This document shows positions 61,204-64,000 of a DNA stretch of 64,000 nt, piece by piece. Source of the DNA: Chloroflexota bacterium. GTDB taxonomy: Bacteria; Chloroflexota; Anaerolineae; J102. A program made the translations under genes and the position numbers. The stretch spans positions 5,165 to 69,164 of the forward strand of contig JAKOVD010000022.1 of assembly GCA_029782215.1 (NCBI GenBank), written 5' to 3'. Position 1 is the stretch's first letter; every line of letters starts with the position of its first letter. Below the pieces are notes generated by a model. That model saw only the letters and a list, made by a program, of their open reading frames with translations, ran no database searches and was not told the DNA's origin.

Positions 61204-64000
61204 CTATTCGGGCCTGTAGGAGACGATCAGCTTGGCGGGCTGGCCATTCCAGGTCTCCAGGCTGTCCACGATCACACGGCCCCACGGACCGCCCGAAGCG
61301 ATGGCCAGACTGGCGGAGCTGTCCGCCGCCTGTGCGCCCGCGGCATCCCAGGCTGCCACCTGCGACGCCACGTCGATCAGCACATGGCCGGCGGCGTTGG
61401 GCACCGGCAGCGCCGTGCCGGGATTGTAGGTCAACGGTGCGTTGGCGTAGGTGACCGTTGCCGGGTTGAACGCGTTGACGTTGGATGCAACCAGGGTCTT
61501 GCCAAACTGGCCTGACTGACCGGTGAAGTTCACGTCCAACTGGGCGTTGACGATCTCCAGACCCTGGGGCAGTTGGCTGCGGTCAAAGGTGAGGAGGATG
61601 TTGTCCAGGCCCGAGGTGCGGCCGATCAGGGCAGCATAGCTGTTGTAGTTGGCGTGCACGTCTCCGCCGTTGACCCAGGTGTCGGCCACGAGCGGCAGCG
61701 TCACGGTGACCGGCTCCAGCGGACCGGTCTTGAACTGCAAGCGGCCCTCGATCTTGGGCTCAACCGGTCCCGACTGCGCCTTGAGATAGTCGATCACGGC
61801 ATCGCGGACGTAGTACTGGGTGTCGCGATCGATCTGGTTCAGCGGCCACAGGGTGACGCCGTTGTCGTTGAAGTTACACGAGCCAGCCGCCAGGTAGTTG
61901 ACGGTCGATACCGTGTAGTACTTGTTGGCGTCCTTGAAGTCCACCGCCTGGCCGTTGACGACCAGGGACAGCACGTTCTTGCCATTCGGCAGATCCGGGT
62001 ACGTGTCGTGGTAGGTGATCTGCGCGCCCGCACTGGTGTCGATCATGCAGGTGGTGTAGTAGGAGTAGCCTCCACGACCCGGTACGTACTTGTAGTAGTA
62101 GTAGTTGCGGTACGCTCGCTCAAGGAGTGTCTTGAGCTGCGGCCCGTTCAGCTTTAGCACCACAAGCGAGTTCTCGTAGGGCACGAGGGTGAACATATCC
62201 TGCACCGTGAGGGTGGTCGGATTCTCTGCCGTTGCCGATGCCGCCACCTTGGAGTTGGTCGTGGCGCCGGAGAGATGGAAGTCCACCGCAATGCTGTTCT
62301 TCGCCAGCTCGAACACCGAGGCGTCGGCCTGCAGGTTGGCGGCGTTAGTCTCCTGGGTGAAGGCAGTGAGGGCATCGATGGGCACCTTGGTCGATCCGAT
62401 CACCGTCTGCGTGTAGACGTTCAGGGCAGCGATGTAGGGGTCAACGATGGCCTTGATGCGGGGGTCTTCGGGTGTGTTCTTGTAGTCGACGGCGATCGCG
62501 GTGCCCGCTCGCGCCACCACCTCATAGCCACCTTCCGCCTTCGGCAGCAGGCCCAGGGCCACCACGCCCAGGTAGTTGTTGTAGCGGTAGGCCTGGTTGA
62601 TGAGCACGGGCTGATTCTCAGGGTTGCTCACCACGGCCGGCAGGTACAGGTACGGCGCCTGGCCCTTGGTGGGGTCCGTATGGCTGTGCCCGCCGATGAT
62701 GGCATCGATGCCAGTGGTCTGGGCAGCCAGGTTGGTGTCGACCTTGTCATCCACTTCCACGCTCGCCGGGTTCGAGGTGAAGCCGATGTGCGTCAGGGCA
62801 ACGACGACATCATTCTCACTCTTGAGCTCGGGGGCCATGGCGGCAGCCGTGGCAATGGGGTCGGTGAAGGTCAGACCCAGGATATTGCTCGGCAGCTCAT
62901 AGTTCGGCACGCGGTGGTTGCCGATGCCCAGGATGGCCACCTTGATGTCGCCGTTGTCTCCGCCCGGCAGCGTGATGGTGGTGTCGGGCAGCACGGGCAC
63001 CTGGGCGATGCCGTAGCGGCCGTCGTCCTGGAGGTTGGCCGACAGCACCGGCGCGTGGGACTGCTTGAGCACCGTCGTGTAGACCTGGTTGCCGAAGTTG
63101 TACTCGTGGTTGCCCAGCGTCCAGGCGGTGTAGGTCATGGCATTCATGACCGCCATCATCGGATGGGTCTGCAGCTCCGGCGGCAGAGGCGTGCCATCAG
63201 CAGCAAAGCCCTGGGGCGCCGTCTTGTACCAGTACATCATGGGGTCGCCCTGAATCTGGTCACCGGCCTGCAGCAGCAGCGTCCGCGTGGGGTTCTTTGC
63301 CCGCCACTGGTTGATCAGCGTCGCGAGCTGGGTATAGCCGACATACTTGCCCTTGAAGAGGTTGCCGTGCGAATCGTTGTGGTGCAGGACCGTCACGGGG
63401 ATGACAGGACCGCTCGTGTCATTGCCGACACGGGTGATGCGGCCATCCAGGGCGCCGTTGTAAGGAGAGGTGACAGGATAGGTCTTGGCCACCCAGCGCT
63501 CGACGTTGTCCAGCATGTCGCCCCAGTACGAAGTGTTCTTGATGTACTTGAAGGGGGCGTAGCCATCCTGACCGGCAGGCGCCAGGAATTCATTGGTGGC
63601 GATACGGTAGGTCTTGTTGAGCTGCAGCGGCTCCCAAACGCCGGAAGTGCGGTTCTTGACCTCGATGTTGTACGCGCCCCAGGCCCACCACTGTCCCGGA
63701 GGCGCGTCACCGTAGCGGTAGAACGAGTAGCGAATACCAGAAACCTGCAGAGCGCCCTTGAACAGGGTTGCGCTCTGGTTCAGCAGCTCCTCGATCTGGG
63801 CGCCGGTCATGTCGCCGACGATGGTGACGTTGCCAAAGGGCAGGACGCTGTAGAGCACGCCATGGGTCAGCGTGTAGGGATTCATGCCACCCGTCTGGAT
63901 GTCGGCGCGCAGGCCGCCGGCATTATTGAACACCATGTCAACGTCATTGGCTGTGGTGTTGTCCGTATTCAGGTCGCTGTAGATCGCATCGTTGACAAAG
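61204..64000 (-). CDS. Large secreted tandem 5'-nucleotidase/metallophosphatase protein with a C-terminal DNRLRE-like domain; 5' end beyond the window
   Basis: The frame stays open to the window edge (...FVNDAIYSDLNTDNTTANDVDMVFNNAGGLRADI). Visible in order: a 5'-nucleotidase C-domain; a full second metallophosphatase (LHHNDSHGN, GDQIQGD, GNHEYNFG) with its 5'-nucleotidase C-domain; and ~190 aa (ADTWVNGGDVHANYNSY...LLTFD...) resembling DNRLRE-type carbohydrate-binding modules. Confidence 0.8.
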   Translation of the reverse strand, partial: FVNDAIYSDLNTDNTTANDVDMVFNNAGGLRADIQTGGMNPYTLTHGVLYSVLPFGNVTIVGDMTGAQIEELLNQSATLFKGALQVSGIRYSFYRYGDAPPGQWWAWGAYNIEVKNRTSGVWEPLQLNKTYRIATNEFLAPAGQDGYAPFKYIKNTSYWGDMLDNVERWVAKTYPVTSPYNGALDGRITRVGNDTSGPVIPVTVLHHNDSHGNLFKGKYVGYTQLATLINQWRAKNPTRTLLLQAGDQIQGDPMMYWYKTAPQGFAADGTPLPPELQTHPMMAVMNAMTYTAWTLGNHEYNFGNQVYTTVLKQSHAPVLSANLQDDGRYGIAQVPVLPDTTITLPGGDNGDIKVAILGIGNHRVPNYELPSNILGLTFTDPIATAAAMAPELKSENDVVVALTHIGFTSNPASVEVDDKVDTNLAAQTTGIDAIIGGHSHTDPTKGQAPYLYLPAVVSNPENQPVLINQAYRYNNYLGVVALGLLPKAEGGYEVVARAGTAIAVDYKNTPEDPRIKAIVDPYIAALNVYTQTVIGSTKVPIDALTAFTQETNAANLQADASVFELAKNSIAVDFHLSGATTNSKVAASATAENPTTLTVQDMFTLVPYENSLVVLKLNGPQLKTLLERAYRNYYYYKYVPGRGGYSYYTTCMIDTSAGAQITYHDTYPDLPNGKNVLSLVVNGQAVDFKDANKYYTVSTVNYLAAGSCNFNDNGVTLWPLNQIDRDTQYYVRDAVIDYLKAQSGPVEPKIEGRLQFKTGPLEPVTVTLPLVADTWVNGGDVHANYNSYAALIGRTSGLDNILLTFDRSQLPQGLEIVNAQLDVNFTGQSGQFGKTLVASNVNAFNPATVTYANAPLTYNPGTALPVPNAAGHVLIDVASQVAAWDAAGAQAADSSASLAIASGGPWGRVIVDSLETWNGQPAKLIVSYRPE

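Noticed and set aside
1-64000. Window-wide scan for CRISPR arrays, rRNA genes, IS elements or transposases, and additional tRNAs.
   Set aside because: I noticed no regularly spaced direct repeats, no rRNA-like conserved stretches and no transposase or integrase-like ORFs. Only one cloverleaf-compatible tRNA was found (54251-54326). A tRNAscan/Infernal run would be needed for completeness.

Overview
High-GC (about 64% by eye) bacterial chromosomal segment, densely coded on both strands. I call 58 protein-coding genes (one cut at each window edge) and one tRNA-Glu(UUC). I found no rRNA, CRISPR array, transposase or integrase. PT-rich linkers, propeller-type sensor kinases and several apparently leaderless genes suggest a Chloroflexota-like organism, but that is inference only.

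Content is mostly transport and signalling:
- Ion transport: a CBS / ArsB-NhaD / ClC module, three K+-channel-type genes, and an Nramp-family gene.
- Other transporters and a toxin module: an ABC-2 exporter, a sugar ABC importer, an MFS transporter, and mazEF.
- Signalling: a very large propeller-GAF histidine kinase with a NarL-type regulator, and cNMP signalling genes (cyclase-AAA-TPR protein, a membrane protein with two cNMP-binding domains, Crp).
- Central metabolism: aceB-glcDEF, zwf-pgl, pyrK/pyrD-like genes.

Main findings:
1. The tandem-NBD ATPase of the sugar ABC importer carries a complete, circularly permuted copy of a periplasmic sugar-binding-protein fold, in frame, in the linker between its two nucleotide-binding domains. 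The copy is paralogous to the lipoprotein SBP encoded just upstream.
2. The Nramp gene has the Mg2+-type (NRMT) binding-site substitutions. It sits directly behind a soluble protein equal to the cytosolic MgtE N-domain plus CBS sensor, with no MgtE pore.
3. A secreted protein has 14 repeats of about 55 aa, a PT linker and a short hydrophobic C-terminal tail.
4. Two BMC vertex (EutN/CcmL) genes and a class II aldolase occur with no shell hexamer genes nearby.
5. A G8 tract sits exactly where two overlapping membrane/cNMP ORFs change frame.
6. A minimal 2-TM pore protein with a degenerate selectivity filter lies next to a TMEM175-type channel.
7. A TATA(A/C)T-N6-7-ATG arrangement recurs at four gene starts.

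All family assignments come from motif recognition by eye. No database search or computation was run.
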